Source: a virus (lineage: Duplodnaviria > Caudoviricetes). From it: a stretch of DNA of 64,000 nucleotides. A program made the translations under genes and the position numbers. Shown piece after piece: positions 25,315 to 34,726 of this stretch. Where the stretch lies: the IMG/VR virus record IMGVR_UViG_3300048089_000093, positions 1-64,000 of that record; one strand, 5' to 3'. The notes beneath the pieces were generated by a model. The model was not told where the DNA came from and made no database searches. It saw nothing but the letters and a program-made list of their open reading frames with translations. Numbering within the stretch: position 1 is the stretch's first letter; each line of letters starts with the position of its first letter.

Positions 25315-26050
25315 CGTTGACCTGATCCGAACGATGCTGGCTCTGGCCGAGCAGGAGAAAGAGGTACACCCGGACAGACAGCTCGAACGCTGCGGGGTGA
25401 TCGTAGAGCGCGGCGACACGCGCGAGCTGATCGAGTGCGCCAACGTCTCGACCGAGCCCCACCAGCAGTTCCGGATCGCGGCGCTGGAGTGGGCGCGGCT
25501 CATCGTTGACGAGAAGGTCGTCGCGGTATGGCACACGCACCCCACCACGCCAGCCGAGCCTACCCAGGCGGATCTCGTGTATCTCGAACGCACGGGCCTG
25601 CCGTGGCACATCGTGAGCGGGCTGGACCAAAGCCACAGCCTCACGCTGCCGACGGGCTACGTCGCTCCCTACGAGGGGCGCGAGTTCTACCACGGGACGC
25701 TGGACTGCTACGCACTCTGCCGGGACTGGTACAAGCGGGAGCTGGGGATCGACCTTCCCGACGTGGACCGCGAATACCTGTGGTGGAACAAGGGCGCGAA
25801 TCTGTACATCGACCAGTTCAAACAGCACGGCTTCGTCGAAGTCGCGCCCGAGGTCGATGTGAAAAATCTGCGCCGCGGCGATGGGCTGCTGATGCAAGTC
25901 GCCTCACGTGTTCCGAATCATGGTGCAATTTACCTCGGCGACGGTAAAATCCTGCACCACGTACAAGATAAGCTGTCCGAAATAACAAACTACGGTGGCG
26001 ACTGGTTCAAGAGGACTACTCACCACCTACGACACTCAAGCCAGCTATGA
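25307..26050 (+). CDS. tail assembly protein (lambda gpK-like; JAB plus NlpC/P60)
   Basis: WHTHP...D JAB motif; DCYALCRDWY and NHGAIYLG NlpC motifs. Confidence 0.9.
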   Translation: MSDVDLIRTMLALAEQEKEVHPDRQLERCGVIVERGDTRELIECANVSTEPHQQFRIAALEWARLIVDEKVVAVWHTHPTTPAEPTQADLVYLERTGLPWHIVSGLDQSHSLTLPTGYVAPYEGREFYHGTLDCYALCRDWYKRELGIDLPDVDREYLWWNKGANLYIDQFKQHGFVEVAPEVDVKNLRRGDGLLMQVASRVPNHGAIYLGDGKILHHVQDKLSEITNYGGDWFKRTTHHLRHSSQL

Positions 26051-26694
26051 GCCGCCACATTGACAACACGACGATTGAGGTGATCCTTGGCGGCGGCCTC
26101 GGCGATCGCTATGGGCGCAGTCACGAGCTGGTCGCCAGCACCCCCATCGAGGCGTTCAAGCTGCTGTGCATGAACTACCCGGAGTTCAAGCAGGAGTTCA
26201 TCGACGCGTCGCTGGCCGGCGCCGAGTACCAGCTCGTGGTCGACGACCGACGCGGCGTGGGAGAGATGGAGCTGACGATGCCTGTGGGCGGCCGGAAGCT
26301 CGTGATCGCCCCGGTGCTCGCCGGCGCCGGCGGGAAGATGTTCAGCGCGATCGAAGCGGTAGTCGGCGTGATTATTCTGGCTGTCGCCTGGTGGAACCCT
26401 CTCGGGTGGGCGGCAGGCGGCGCTCTGATGGCCGCTGCGGTCGGCACCGGCGTGTCCCTGACGCTCGGCGGCATCACAGGGCTGCTGACCACGGTCCCGA
26501 AGGCCAATAGCGCGGCGGCCGGCGGGGACAGCCTCAGCTCCTTCTACTTCAACGGCGCTGCCAATACGCAGCAGCAGGGCGCTCCGGTGACGCTCGTCTA
26601 CGGCCGCATGCTGGTCGGCTCGACGGCCATCTCGGCCTCGCTACAGGCGATCGACATGTCGCAGGCACCAGCTGAAACGGGGAACCTCTCTTGA
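26047..26694 (+). CDS. tail assembly protein (lambda gpI-like)
   Basis: LGGGLGDRYG, PVLAGAGG, FNGAANT and PVTLVYGRMLVGS motifs. Confidence 0.9.
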   Translation: MSRHIDNTTIEVILGGGLGDRYGRSHELVASTPIEAFKLLCMNYPEFKQEFIDASLAGAEYQLVVDDRRGVGEMELTMPVGGRKLVIAPVLAGAGGKMFSAIEAVVGVIILAVAWWNPLGWAAGGALMAAAVGTGVSLTLGGITGLLTTVPKANSAAAGGDSLSSFYFNGAANTQQQGAPVTLVYGRMLVGSTAISASLQAIDMSQAPAETGNLS

Positions 26695-29600
26695 ACGCTC
26701 GCGTACCCTTCAACAGGCTCCCGCTCGCGGGCGGTATCCCTGCCCCGAAACGCGTCATCGCGCGCATCCCGAACGAGCCGCCCCGCGGCGCCGGTGGCGG
26801 CGGCAAAACAGGCGGCGGCTCAGGCACGACCCCGACGGAAGATCCGGATTCGCTGCAGTCCGTCGCCTTCGTATCGGTGCTCGACCTGCTGTGCGAGGGC
26901 GAAATCCAGGGGCTGGTGAAAGGCGGCTTCAACCCGAGCGTGGCCGGCGTGGAGTCGGACTCGATCTTTCTGGACAACGTGCCGGTCACGTCCAACGGCG
27001 CGCCGAATTTCAACGGCTACACGGTGGCGTGGGTCAACGGCACACAGGCGCAGGGCGTCATCCCCGGATTCGGCTCGGTCTACTCAGCCGTGAATCTCGG
27101 CTCCGAGGTCAAGGCCGGCGTGCCGATTCAGGCGTCGGTCGACAACCCGGAAGCGAACGCTGTGGTCGTCACGGCGTCGGTGGCGCAGCTGTACACAGTC
27201 AATACGTCCACGGGCGACGTCAAGGGATCAACAGTAGACCTGGTCTTCGAATACAGGCCCACGGGCAGCGTCACGTGGATTCAGGGCGCTGCGCTGACGA
27301 TCACGGGCAAGACGCGCAGCAAGTATCAGCGCAGCCTGCGCTTCGATCTGACCGGCGCTGGTCCGTGGATCGTACGTTGCCGCCGCATCACCGCAGACTC
27401 CACCAGCTCGTCGCTGGTGAACAACACCTACTTCGACGTGGTCGAGTCGGTAGTCGATCAGCGGCTGCGCTATCCGAACTCAGCGCTCGTCGGCCTGAAC
27501 ATCGACGCGCGGCAATTCAGCAGCGTGCCTTCGCGCAGCTACCTGATCGACGGTCTCATCATCCGCGTGCCGAACAACTACGATCCGGATCTGCGCACCT
27601 ACAGCGGGGCGTGGAACGGGGGCTTCAAGCTCGCCTTCTCGAACAACCCGGCGTGGTGCTTCTACGACCTTGTCTCGTCGACGCGCTACGGACTGGGCAA
27701 TTATCTGAATGACGCGACCGTCGACAAGACCGCGCTGTACCAGATCGGCCAGTACTGCGACGAGATGGTGCCCGACGGGTTCGGCGGCATGGAGCCGAGG
27801 TTCACCTGCAACATGGTGATCAACAACCCGAAGGAAGCTTACCAGTGCATCCAGGACATGATCTCGATCTTCCGGGGCATGACCTACTGGGCGGCTGGCA
27901 ACATTCTCGTGACGCAGGACGCGCCGAAGACGCCGGCGAAGAAATTCTCGCGCGCGAACGTCGTCGGCGGCAAGTTCACGTATCAGGGCACCGCGCTCAA
28001 GGATCGCCACAGCGTCGCGCTCGTGCGCTGGAACGACCCCGACCAGCAGTATCAGCAGAACACCGAGTACGTCGAGAACGCGGACGCCCTCGCCCGCTTC
28101 GGCGTGAAGGTCACCGAGATCATGGCGGTGGGCTGCACCTCGCGCGGGCAGGCTCACAGGCTCGGCCAGTGGGCTCTCCTGAGCGAGCTGGCCGACACCG
28201 ACCAGGTGACGTTCCAGGCTGGTATGGACGCTGCGATGCTCACGCCAGGCGAGGTGATCTACGTCGCGGACCCGGTGCGCAGCTCGAAGCGCATTGGCGG
28301 TCGCGTGCTCAAGGCCGACCTGAACACCGTGACGCTGGACGCGCCGGTGGTGCTCGACGCTGGTCAGACGTACTCTCTGCTCTACTACGACGGCAACGGC
28401 GACAGCTACCAGACGCAGGTGCTCAACACCGCCAACACGACGGCGCTGCTGACCTTCACGGCGCCGGTGACGAATCCGCCGCAGCCGGGCTTCATGTGGG
28501 TGCTCACAGGTTCGAACCTCGTGCCGCAGACTTTTCGCGTCCTTAACGTTAAGGAGTCCGAAAAGAACCTGTTCGACGTCACGGCCGTCACCTACAACGC
28601 ATCGAAGTACGCTGCGATCGACTTCAATACCAAGCTGCAGATGCCGCCGGTTGGCTATGGCGACGCGCTCGGTGCCGCGATCCCGAAATTCTGGAGCCTG
28701 ACAGAGACGACGTTCCTCGCGGCGCCCGGCGTGATCGGCTCGAAGATCATCATGAGCTGGTCGGGCAACACGACGCACTTCATGATCCAGTGGCGCGTGA
28801 ACGGCGGCATCTGGATGAGCGACACGACGCGCACGCCGGGCTACGAGATCGACGGCGTGACCAAGGGCGACATCTACGACTTCAAGATCTACGGTATCGC
28901 CGCGGATGGCGCGCTGTCGGCCTCGCTCGACGAGACGTACACGATCAACGGCAGCAGTGCGCCGCCCGGTGCGCCGACGTCGCTCACCGCGCAGGCCGAC
29001 TTCCGCTCGGCGAAACTGAACTGGGCTGCGCCGCCCGACCTCGACCTGGCTTACTTTCAGGTGGCGTGGGCGGGATCGAACAACCTCGCCGCGGCAGGCA
29101 TCGTCGGCGACAAGATCGGCAGCACGAGCTGGACAGTGGGCACTCTGACGCCGACGGTGCCTGTCTACTTCTGGGTGCGCGCGGTCGACACGAGCGGCAA
29201 CGTCGGGCCGTGGAACAGCAACGTCGGCACGGTCTGCGTGCCGCTGCAAGGCGGCACGCTCGACATCGAGAACCTGGCGGTCACCAACGCGAAGATCGCG
29301 AACGCAGCGATCGGCACGGCGCAGATCCAGAACGCTGCGATCACCTCGGCGCTGATTGCCAACGCGCAGATCGTCGCGGCGCACATCGCCAACGCGCAGA
29401 TCCAGAACGCACACATCCAGGATCTGTCGGTCAGTACGTTCAAGATCGGCGCGAACCAGGTGACGACGATGGTTTCAGTTTCGTCGGGCAACAACGTCTC
29501 GACGTCGTACACCGGCAGCGGCGGCATGATCCTCGTTCTCGCCAGCGGGCCTCTGAGTTCGGCCAGCACCGCGAGCGTTACCTTGAACGGCGGCGCCATC

Positions 29601-29750
29601 GCCAGCGGCACGATCAGTACAGGTGGCGGGACGACTGTCTCAACCATCACGCTCACCGCGGTGACCTCCTTTAACGGGACCGTGACGATGGCTACCACAG
29701 GGTTTGGCCTTGGCGTGACGACCCTAACCATGTTTGAGGCTAAACGATGA
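26691..29750 (+). CDS. central tail fibre / host specificity protein (lambda gpJ-like)
   Basis: LDLLCEGEIQGL, YPNSALVGL, NNPAWCFYDL, EPRFTCN and GCTSRGQAHRLG motifs; FN3-like domains; C-terminal pentapeptide repeats. Confidence 0.92.
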   Translation: MNARVPFNRLPLAGGIPAPKRVIARIPNEPPRGAGGGGKTGGGSGTTPTEDPDSLQSVAFVSVLDLLCEGEIQGLVKGGFNPSVAGVESDSIFLDNVPVTSNGAPNFNGYTVAWVNGTQAQGVIPGFGSVYSAVNLGSEVKAGVPIQASVDNPEANAVVVTASVAQLYTVNTSTGDVKGSTVDLVFEYRPTGSVTWIQGAALTITGKTRSKYQRSLRFDLTGAGPWIVRCRRITADSTSSSLVNNTYFDVVESVVDQRLRYPNSALVGLNIDARQFSSVPSRSYLIDGLIIRVPNNYDPDLRTYSGAWNGGFKLAFSNNPAWCFYDLVSSTRYGLGNYLNDATVDKTALYQIGQYCDEMVPDGFGGMEPRFTCNMVINNPKEAYQCIQDMISIFRGMTYWAAGNILVTQDAPKTPAKKFSRANVVGGKFTYQGTALKDRHSVALVRWNDPDQQYQQNTEYVENADALARFGVKVTEIMAVGCTSRGQAHRLGQWALLSELADTDQVTFQAGMDAAMLTPGEVIYVADPVRSSKRIGGRVLKADLNTVTLDAPVVLDAGQTYSLLYYDGNGDSYQTQVLNTANTTALLTFTAPVTNPPQPGFMWVLTGSNLVPQTFRVLNVKESEKNLFDVTAVTYNASKYAAIDFNTKLQMPPVGYGDALGAAIPKFWSLTETTFLAAPGVIGSKIIMSWSGNTTHFMIQWRVNGGIWMSDTTRTPGYEIDGVTKGDIYDFKIYGIAADGALSASLDETYTINGSSAPPGAPTSLTAQADFRSAKLNWAAPPDLDLAYFQVAWAGSNNLAAAGIVGDKIGSTSWTVGTLTPTVPVYFWVRAVDTSGNVGPWNSNVGTVCVPLQGGTLDIENLAVTNAKIANAAIGTAQIQNAAITSALIANAQIVAAHIANAQIQNAHIQDLSVSTFKIGANQVTTMVSVSSGNNVSTSYTGSGGMILVLASGPLSSASTASVTLNGGAIASGTISTGGGTTVSTITLTAVTSFNGTVTMATTGFGLGVTTLTMFEAKR

Positions 29751-30160
29751 GCGATACGACAGTTACGCGCGACGAGACGCAGACCGACTACACGATCGTG
29801 GACGCGGCGGGCCGTGTGCAACAGGTCGGCAACATGCCTGCGTGGATGGTCGCTGACCAGGACGCGCACGTGCCTGACGGTGGCCACATTCTGCCGGGCA
29901 GGGCTGATTTCTACGCAGACTATGCCGACAGCAGCACCACGCCGTGGTCGCTGAAGGCACGCCCTCAAAACTCTGCAGTCCTGAGCGGTATGAAAATCTC
30001 TAACGTGCCGAACCCCTCTGCCGTTACAATCGGCGGCGATGAGCCGGTCATGGTCACCGACGGCGAGGTCGAGCTGGAATTCACCCAGCCGGGCACGTTC
30101 GATATTAAGGTGTCCTCATGGCCTATGCTAGACGTAACCTTTAGCGTGACCGTGCCGTGA
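29747..30160 (+). CDS. hypothetical tail-associated protein
   Basis: ATGA-coupled to gpJ. Confidence 0.6.
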   Translation: MSDTTVTRDETQTDYTIVDAAGRVQQVGNMPAWMVADQDAHVPDGGHILPGRADFYADYADSSTTPWSLKARPQNSAVLSGMKISNVPNPSAVTIGGDEPVMVTDGEVELEFTQPGTFDIKVSSWPMLDVTFSVTVP

Positions 30161-30351
30161 AGATCACACACAACCCCGACCATCGACCGCTGCGCGCGGC
30201 GGCGTACCCCAGCGTTGGCGACCAGCTTGACGCGCTGTGGAAGATCGTTGAAGCGCTGACGACACACACCGCTCCCCCGCCTGACGCGCTGGCGGTGTAC
30301 GCGCAGGTGCAGTCGGTGAAGGCGAAGTACAGGAACAGGAGTACGAAATGA
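30157..30351 (+). CDS. hypothetical tail-associated protein (64 aa)
   Basis: GTGA coupling; RAAAYPSVGDQLDALWK...VKAKY motif seen in phage tail regions. Confidence 0.65.
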   Translation: MKITHNPDHRPLRAAAYPSVGDQLDALWKIVEALTTHTAPPPDALAVYAQVQSVKAKYRNRSTK

Positions 30352-30755
30352 GCGGCGCTGCATATGACCTGAAGATCGAGCAGGGGGACGACTGGAGCCC
30401 GATCTGGACGCTGCGCTATCGCGGCTCGCAGCAGCCCTTCGATCTTACGGGCTACACCGCGAAGATGCAGATCCGCTCGACCTACTACGCAGCGGCGAAG
30501 CTGGTCGACCTGGTGTCGCCGGCGGGAATCATCCTCGGCGGCGTCGCCGGAACGGTTCAGCCGGTGATCAGCGACGCTCAGACGATGACGCTGATCCCGG
30601 CAGGGGCGCCGGCCCCGAACCCGGTGAACGTCAAGATCAACGACCGGGCGTACACGCTGGTAGGCGTGTACGACCTGAAGATCACCAGCGCAGGCGGCGT
30701 GACGACGACTGTCGCCGGTGGCCGTGTGCTCGTGTCGCCCGACGTAACCCGATAA
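30348..30755 (+). CDS. putative fibre attachment/baseplate adaptor
   Basis: YDLKIEQGDDW...DLTGYTAKMQIR...YDLKI...G.V.VSPDVT pattern preceding the fibre gene. Confidence 0.65.
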   Translation: MSGAAYDLKIEQGDDWSPIWTLRYRGSQQPFDLTGYTAKMQIRSTYYAAAKLVDLVSPAGIILGGVAGTVQPVISDAQTMTLIPAGAPAPNPVNVKINDRAYTLVGVYDLKITSAGGVTTTVAGGRVLVSPDVTR

Positions 30756-30767
30756 ACAGGACCAGAC

Positions 30768-33167
30768 ATGGCATCGGATCTCGAACTTGTAGTAGACGAA
30801 ACCGTCATCGAGCTGGTTGACTCTGACGTAGGCGGCACGGCTGCGGGCGCGGCTGCGGGCAGCGCAACTGCGGCTGCGGGCAGCGCAACTGCGGCGAGCG
30901 CTTCGAAGGACGCTGCAGCTACCAGCGCAGCCGCCGCACTCGCGTCGAAAAACGCAGCTGGCACCAGTGAGACGAACGCGGCCACGAGCGCAGCTGCCGC
31001 ACTCGCGTCGAAAAACGCAGCTGGCACCAGTGAGACGAATGCAGCTACCAGCGCAGCCGCCGCACTCGCGTCGAAAAACGCAGCTGGCACCAGTGAGACG
31101 AACGCGGCCACCTCAGCCGCGCAGGCGGCGTCGAGCGCAGCTGCGCTGGGCTCTGGCCTGCAGAACCTGCTGGTGAATAGTACAGGCGAACTCGGCGACC
31201 TGAACTGGCCGACGCAGGTCTACCACGGCGTACCCGGCAGCGCAGCGACTGGTGGCCCGTACTTCACCAACTCCCTCACGCCGCTGACTGGCTCGCCGTT
31301 GTACTCGTACTCGAACTACATGCCGGTCGCGGCGGGCGTGGTCCTCAATATCCAAGGCATTCTCAGCGCGGCGGGGCTCACGGCAGGCGCTGCGACAATC
31401 GGAATCGAGTTTCACGATGTATCGGGCACCTTGCTGAATGTCGTCTCGCCGTCGAACGTGAACTTCGGAACAGGGCCGACATTCCGCACGGCTAGCGGTT
31501 CAGGCACCGCAGGCACGACGCAGTTTCGTATCCGCATGGGCGCTACCAGTTCCCCGGTCGGCCCGGTCAACGCTGTCACGTTCCAGAATATCAAGGTTGC
31601 GCTCGGGACCGCACAATCGACCTACTCGCAGGAAGCGAACGACCTGTGTTTTTCTCCCAACCCGCCCGCGAACCTATCACCCATCTTCCAGGCTGTGCAG
31701 GCTCTCGGAACGATCTCGGGAGTCAACAACCCGAACTTGCTTCCGAACAGCACTGGAGAACTCGGTCAGCTCGGGTGGGTGACTAGTAACTTCACGGTTG
31801 GCTCTGACGGGCACGGCTCGTGGTGGACTAACGGAGCAGCGATCTCCGGGACTACTACTGAGGATATCTCGCAGAACATTCCCATCGGCGCGGGTGTCAC
31901 CCTCTCGCTGTCCTACATGATCTACACGGCGGGCGTTACGGCCGGGCGAGCTTTCGTGCGTATGGAGGCGTTCAACTCCAGCAACGCGTCGCTCGGGTCC
32001 GTGGGTACTGTCCCTATCCCCGCTAACGGCCAGCCGTGGGCCTACTACTCCATGTCGGGGGCCACGCCGGCCGGGACGACGTACGTCAAGGTTCACAAGT
32101 CGCTCGACACGAGCCCGACAGTGTCTCAGGGCGGCGTAGCGTTCGCGAGGATCAAGCTCGAACAGAGCGCGGTGCCGACGCTGTATTCGACGGAAGCCAG
32201 CGACATCTACAGCAACATGCAGTCTGCGACTGTCCCCACAGGCAACCGTAATGGCTTCATAGACGGGGCTTGCGCGACGTGGACTGACGGGGTCGCGGCA
32301 ACGGGCGTCGCCCTGTCGGCTGTTGCCGGTTTTGTTGGTCCCGCGATGTGGCGCGTCTCGTGCGGCACTGGTGGCGCTGGCACCGTCAACTTGATAGATG
32401 AGCGGGTTACTGGCGCGCTGGCGTCCTTCGAAGGCTCGGAGACCACCAACAGCATCAACATCAACATCACCACGGCGTCGACGGGCACAGTCGCGGCTCG
32501 AACGACTCCACTCATCTATCAGAACATCGAGAGCGTCGCAAAGTACGCCGGCAAGTCTGTCACCTTTCAGGTAAAACTGAAAGTTGCATCGGGCAGCATC
32601 ACAATTCCGTCAGTAATTTTGGGTCAGGGTTTCGGTACTGGCGGTAGCCCTTCGGCCTCTGTCAGCTTCGATAAGGCGGTATCGTGGGTTGTCGGAACAA
32701 CGTGGAAGAAGTTCTCTGTCCGACTCGACGTTCCGTCAATAGCTGGGAAGACAATAGGCACTAGCGGCAACGACGTGCTCGGTATCGGCCTTTTGTTCCC
32801 CCCTGGCTTGACATACTCAGTCACGATGGCGGAATTCCAGGTTGAGCTGTGCAGCCCGTTAGCGAGCAGCGATATTAACGGTCTCGGCGGTGCGCCGACG
32901 ACGTTCGAACATCGCGGCGTTCAGGCAGAGCGGGCACGCGTCGATCGGTACTATCAGCGGGTTGACCAGGTATATACGATCACAGGCGGCGTTTATAACC
33001 AGCTTGCATTTATTGCGCGAATGCGGGCCGTACCCGCAGTAGCGCTAACCACTAACGCAGGCACGATCACTCTCGGCGGGGCCGTAGTCAACGGCATGTG
33101 GTTCACAATGTCCTATACATCGAATTACAACGTTGCAGTCGGCTGTGTAGCCGACTGCAGAGTCTAA
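30768..33167 (+). CDS. side tail fibre / receptor-binding protein
   Basis: Stf-like Ala/Ser repeats, two NLL(V/P)NSTGELG modules and a C-terminal module ending FEHRGVQAERARVDRYYQ. Confidence 0.8.
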   Translation: MASDLELVVDETVIELVDSDVGGTAAGAAAGSATAAAGSATAASASKDAAATSAAAALASKNAAGTSETNAATSAAAALASKNAAGTSETNAATSAAAALASKNAAGTSETNAATSAAQAASSAAALGSGLQNLLVNSTGELGDLNWPTQVYHGVPGSAATGGPYFTNSLTPLTGSPLYSYSNYMPVAAGVVLNIQGILSAAGLTAGAATIGIEFHDVSGTLLNVVSPSNVNFGTGPTFRTASGSGTAGTTQFRIRMGATSSPVGPVNAVTFQNIKVALGTAQSTYSQEANDLCFSPNPPANLSPIFQAVQALGTISGVNNPNLLPNSTGELGQLGWVTSNFTVGSDGHGSWWTNGAAISGTTTEDISQNIPIGAGVTLSLSYMIYTAGVTAGRAFVRMEAFNSSNASLGSVGTVPIPANGQPWAYYSMSGATPAGTTYVKVHKSLDTSPTVSQGGVAFARIKLEQSAVPTLYSTEASDIYSNMQSATVPTGNRNGFIDGACATWTDGVAATGVALSAVAGFVGPAMWRVSCGTGGAGTVNLIDERVTGALASFEGSETTNSININITTASTGTVAARTTPLIYQNIESVAKYAGKSVTFQVKLKVASGSITIPSVILGQGFGTGGSPSASVSFDKAVSWVVGTTWKKFSVRLDVPSIAGKTIGTSGNDVLGIGLLFPPGLTYSVTMAEFQVELCSPLASSDINGLGGAPTTFEHRGVQAERARVDRYYQRVDQVYTITGGVYNQLAFIARMRAVPAVALTTNAGTITLGGAVVNGMWFTMSYTSNYNVAVGCVADCRV
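30915..31103 (+). repeat. three near-identical 63-bp (21-aa) tandem repeats in the fibre gene
   Basis: GCACTCGCGTCGAAAAACGCAGCTGGCACCAGTGAGACGAA at 30936, 30999 and 31062. Confidence 0.95.
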
Positions 33168-33181
33168 TCAAGGAGTGGCAC

Positions 33182-33370
33182 ATGACAATCCGTTTCCAGT
33201 ATCGGTATGACGCATTTTCAGGGTCTTCTGAAATCGACCCCAACTACATCCTGTACTACGCCGAAGACGGGCAAGAGTGGCTTGTTCCGCTAAACGTCGG
33301 GAACTGGATAGAAACTGACATCTATCTGCCGTGGCTCGCGGCAGGCAACGTGCCCGAGCAGCCGTCGTAG
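33182..33370 (+). CDS. tail fibre chaperone-like small protein (62 aa)
   Basis: AAGGAG ribosome-binding site; YLPWLAAGNVPE motif typical of genes following tail fibres. Confidence 0.65.
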   Translation: MTIRFQYRYDAFSGSSEIDPNYILYYAEDGQEWLVPLNVGNWIETDIYLPWLAAGNVPEQPS

Positions 33371-33503
33371 CATGCAGAGGTATCTGTAGTGCGTTTCAGG
33401 CGCACGCTGCCTGACCAGGAAAACCGCAGTTAGTTCGGATTCCTATGTACAATGCGGGCAGCCGTCCCACCCGGCTGCCTACATGTACAGGACCGACAAT
33501 TAA

Positions 33504-33920
33504 ATGGATGCCCCGACCATTGTCGCCGTCTTCGGAGTTGCTGTGCCCGTCTTCACGGGCGTATTCGGCTATCTGTGGAAGGTGCACCAAGACCGCATCA
33601 AGGCGCTGGAAGACGCGAACGCTGAGCAGGACACGGCGCTCTCCGACTTCAAGCTCTTGCACGAAAAGTCTATGGCCGAAATGCAACGTCAAACCGCCGA
33701 AGCAATCGCCGAAGTCGAGCGCAAGCAGTCCGCGTTCGAGCTTGAAGCGGCGAAGGTATTTGTCACGCAGCCAGCGCTGCTGCAGGTCATGAACTCTCTG
33801 GACAAGACGCTCACTGCGATGGGCACGATGATGCAGGAAAACCAGAAAGAGACGCGGGCGGGATTGGACGCGCTGAACAAGCGCATTGACTACATCCTCA
33901 ACCCAAGGCCCGCACAATGA
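33504..33920 (+). CDS. single-TM coiled-coil protein (holin/antiholin candidate)
   Basis: One N-terminal TM helix, coiled-coil body, ATGA overlap with endolysin. Confidence 0.5.
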   Translation: MDAPTIVAVFGVAVPVFTGVFGYLWKVHQDRIKALEDANAEQDTALSDFKLLHEKSMAEMQRQTAEAIAEVERKQSAFELEAAKVFVTQPALLQVMNSLDKTLTAMGTMMQENQKETRAGLDALNKRIDYILNPRPAQ

Positions 33921-34453
33921 CCCCACGCTTTCTCACCTGCCTCAAGTCCGTCCTCGGTATCGAGGGCGGCGTCTCCAACGACCCGGCTGACCGCGGCGGC
34001 CTCACCAACGCCGGTGTGACGCAGGCCACCTACGACGCATGGCGCACGAGCCAGCACCTCCCGCAGCAGCCTGTGACGACGATCTCGCTCATCGAGATCC
34101 AGCAGCTGTACTGGGAAGACTACTGGGGCGCTGCGCAGTGCTACGCGCTTCCGGAGCCCGTCGACGCCATCGCGTTCGATATGGCGGTGAACAGCGGAGC
34201 CAAGCAGGCTCGGATGACGCTGCAGCGCACGCTCGGGTTCACGGACAAGGCCGTCGACGGCGTGATCGGCCCGAAGACGCTCGGCCGCATTGCGAGCTAC
34301 CAGCCGCTCACGCTGGCCGACCAGTATCTCGACGCGCGCGAGCGCTTCTACTACGACATCTGCGCGCGCGACCCGAGCCAGAAGAAGTTCCTGTCGGGCT
34401 GGATCAACCGCATCAACACGCTGGGCAAGCAGCTCGGCATCGCGCGGAGCTGA
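33917..34453 (+). CDS. endolysin, glycoside hydrolase family 108 with peptidoglycan-binding domain
   Basis: EGGVSNDPADRGGLTNAGVT, FDMAVNSG and FLSGWINR motifs. Confidence 0.93.
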   Translation: MTPRFLTCLKSVLGIEGGVSNDPADRGGLTNAGVTQATYDAWRTSQHLPQQPVTTISLIEIQQLYWEDYWGAAQCYALPEPVDAIAFDMAVNSGAKQARMTLQRTLGFTDKAVDGVIGPKTLGRIASYQPLTLADQYLDARERFYYDICARDPSQKKFLSGWINRINTLGKQLGIARS

Positions 34454-34455
34454 CC

Positions 34456-34722
34456 ATGTGGGCGACGCTCAAGAAGCTGGTGAAGGACTGCATCACCGAG
34501 AACGACGGCCAGAGCTATGACGTCATCCGCGTGATCGTGATGCTCGTGGGCGCGTCGGGCTTTCCGACCTTCCTCGGGCTCGCGATCTACAGCGTGATCG
34601 CATCGCCCGAGCATCGCTTCGCCATGACCGAGTTCGGCGCGGCGATGTGCGCGATCCTCGTCGGGCTTTGCACGGCTGCGATCGGTGTTGGGCAGAAACA
34701 GAAGACGGACCACCTGGGGTAA
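34456..34722 (+). CDS. putative holin (2 TM)
   Basis: 88 aa, two hydrophobic helices, basic C-terminus, between endolysin and spanin genes. Confidence 0.65.
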   Translation: MWATLKKLVKDCITENDGQSYDVIRVIVMLVGASGFPTFLGLAIYSVIASPEHRFAMTEFGAAMCAILVGLCTAAIGVGQKQKTDHLG

Positions 34723-34726
34723 CGAC

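Noticed and set aside
30768-33370. Diversity-generating retroelement or invertible fibre cassette
   Set aside because: No reverse transcriptase, template/variable repeat pair differing at adenines, invertase or flanking inverted crossover sites were seen.
33475-33490. LexA box before the lysis genes (CTGCCTACATGTACAG)
   Set aside because: Matches only the loose CTG-N10-CAG pattern and overlaps a hairpin arm; too weak to call.
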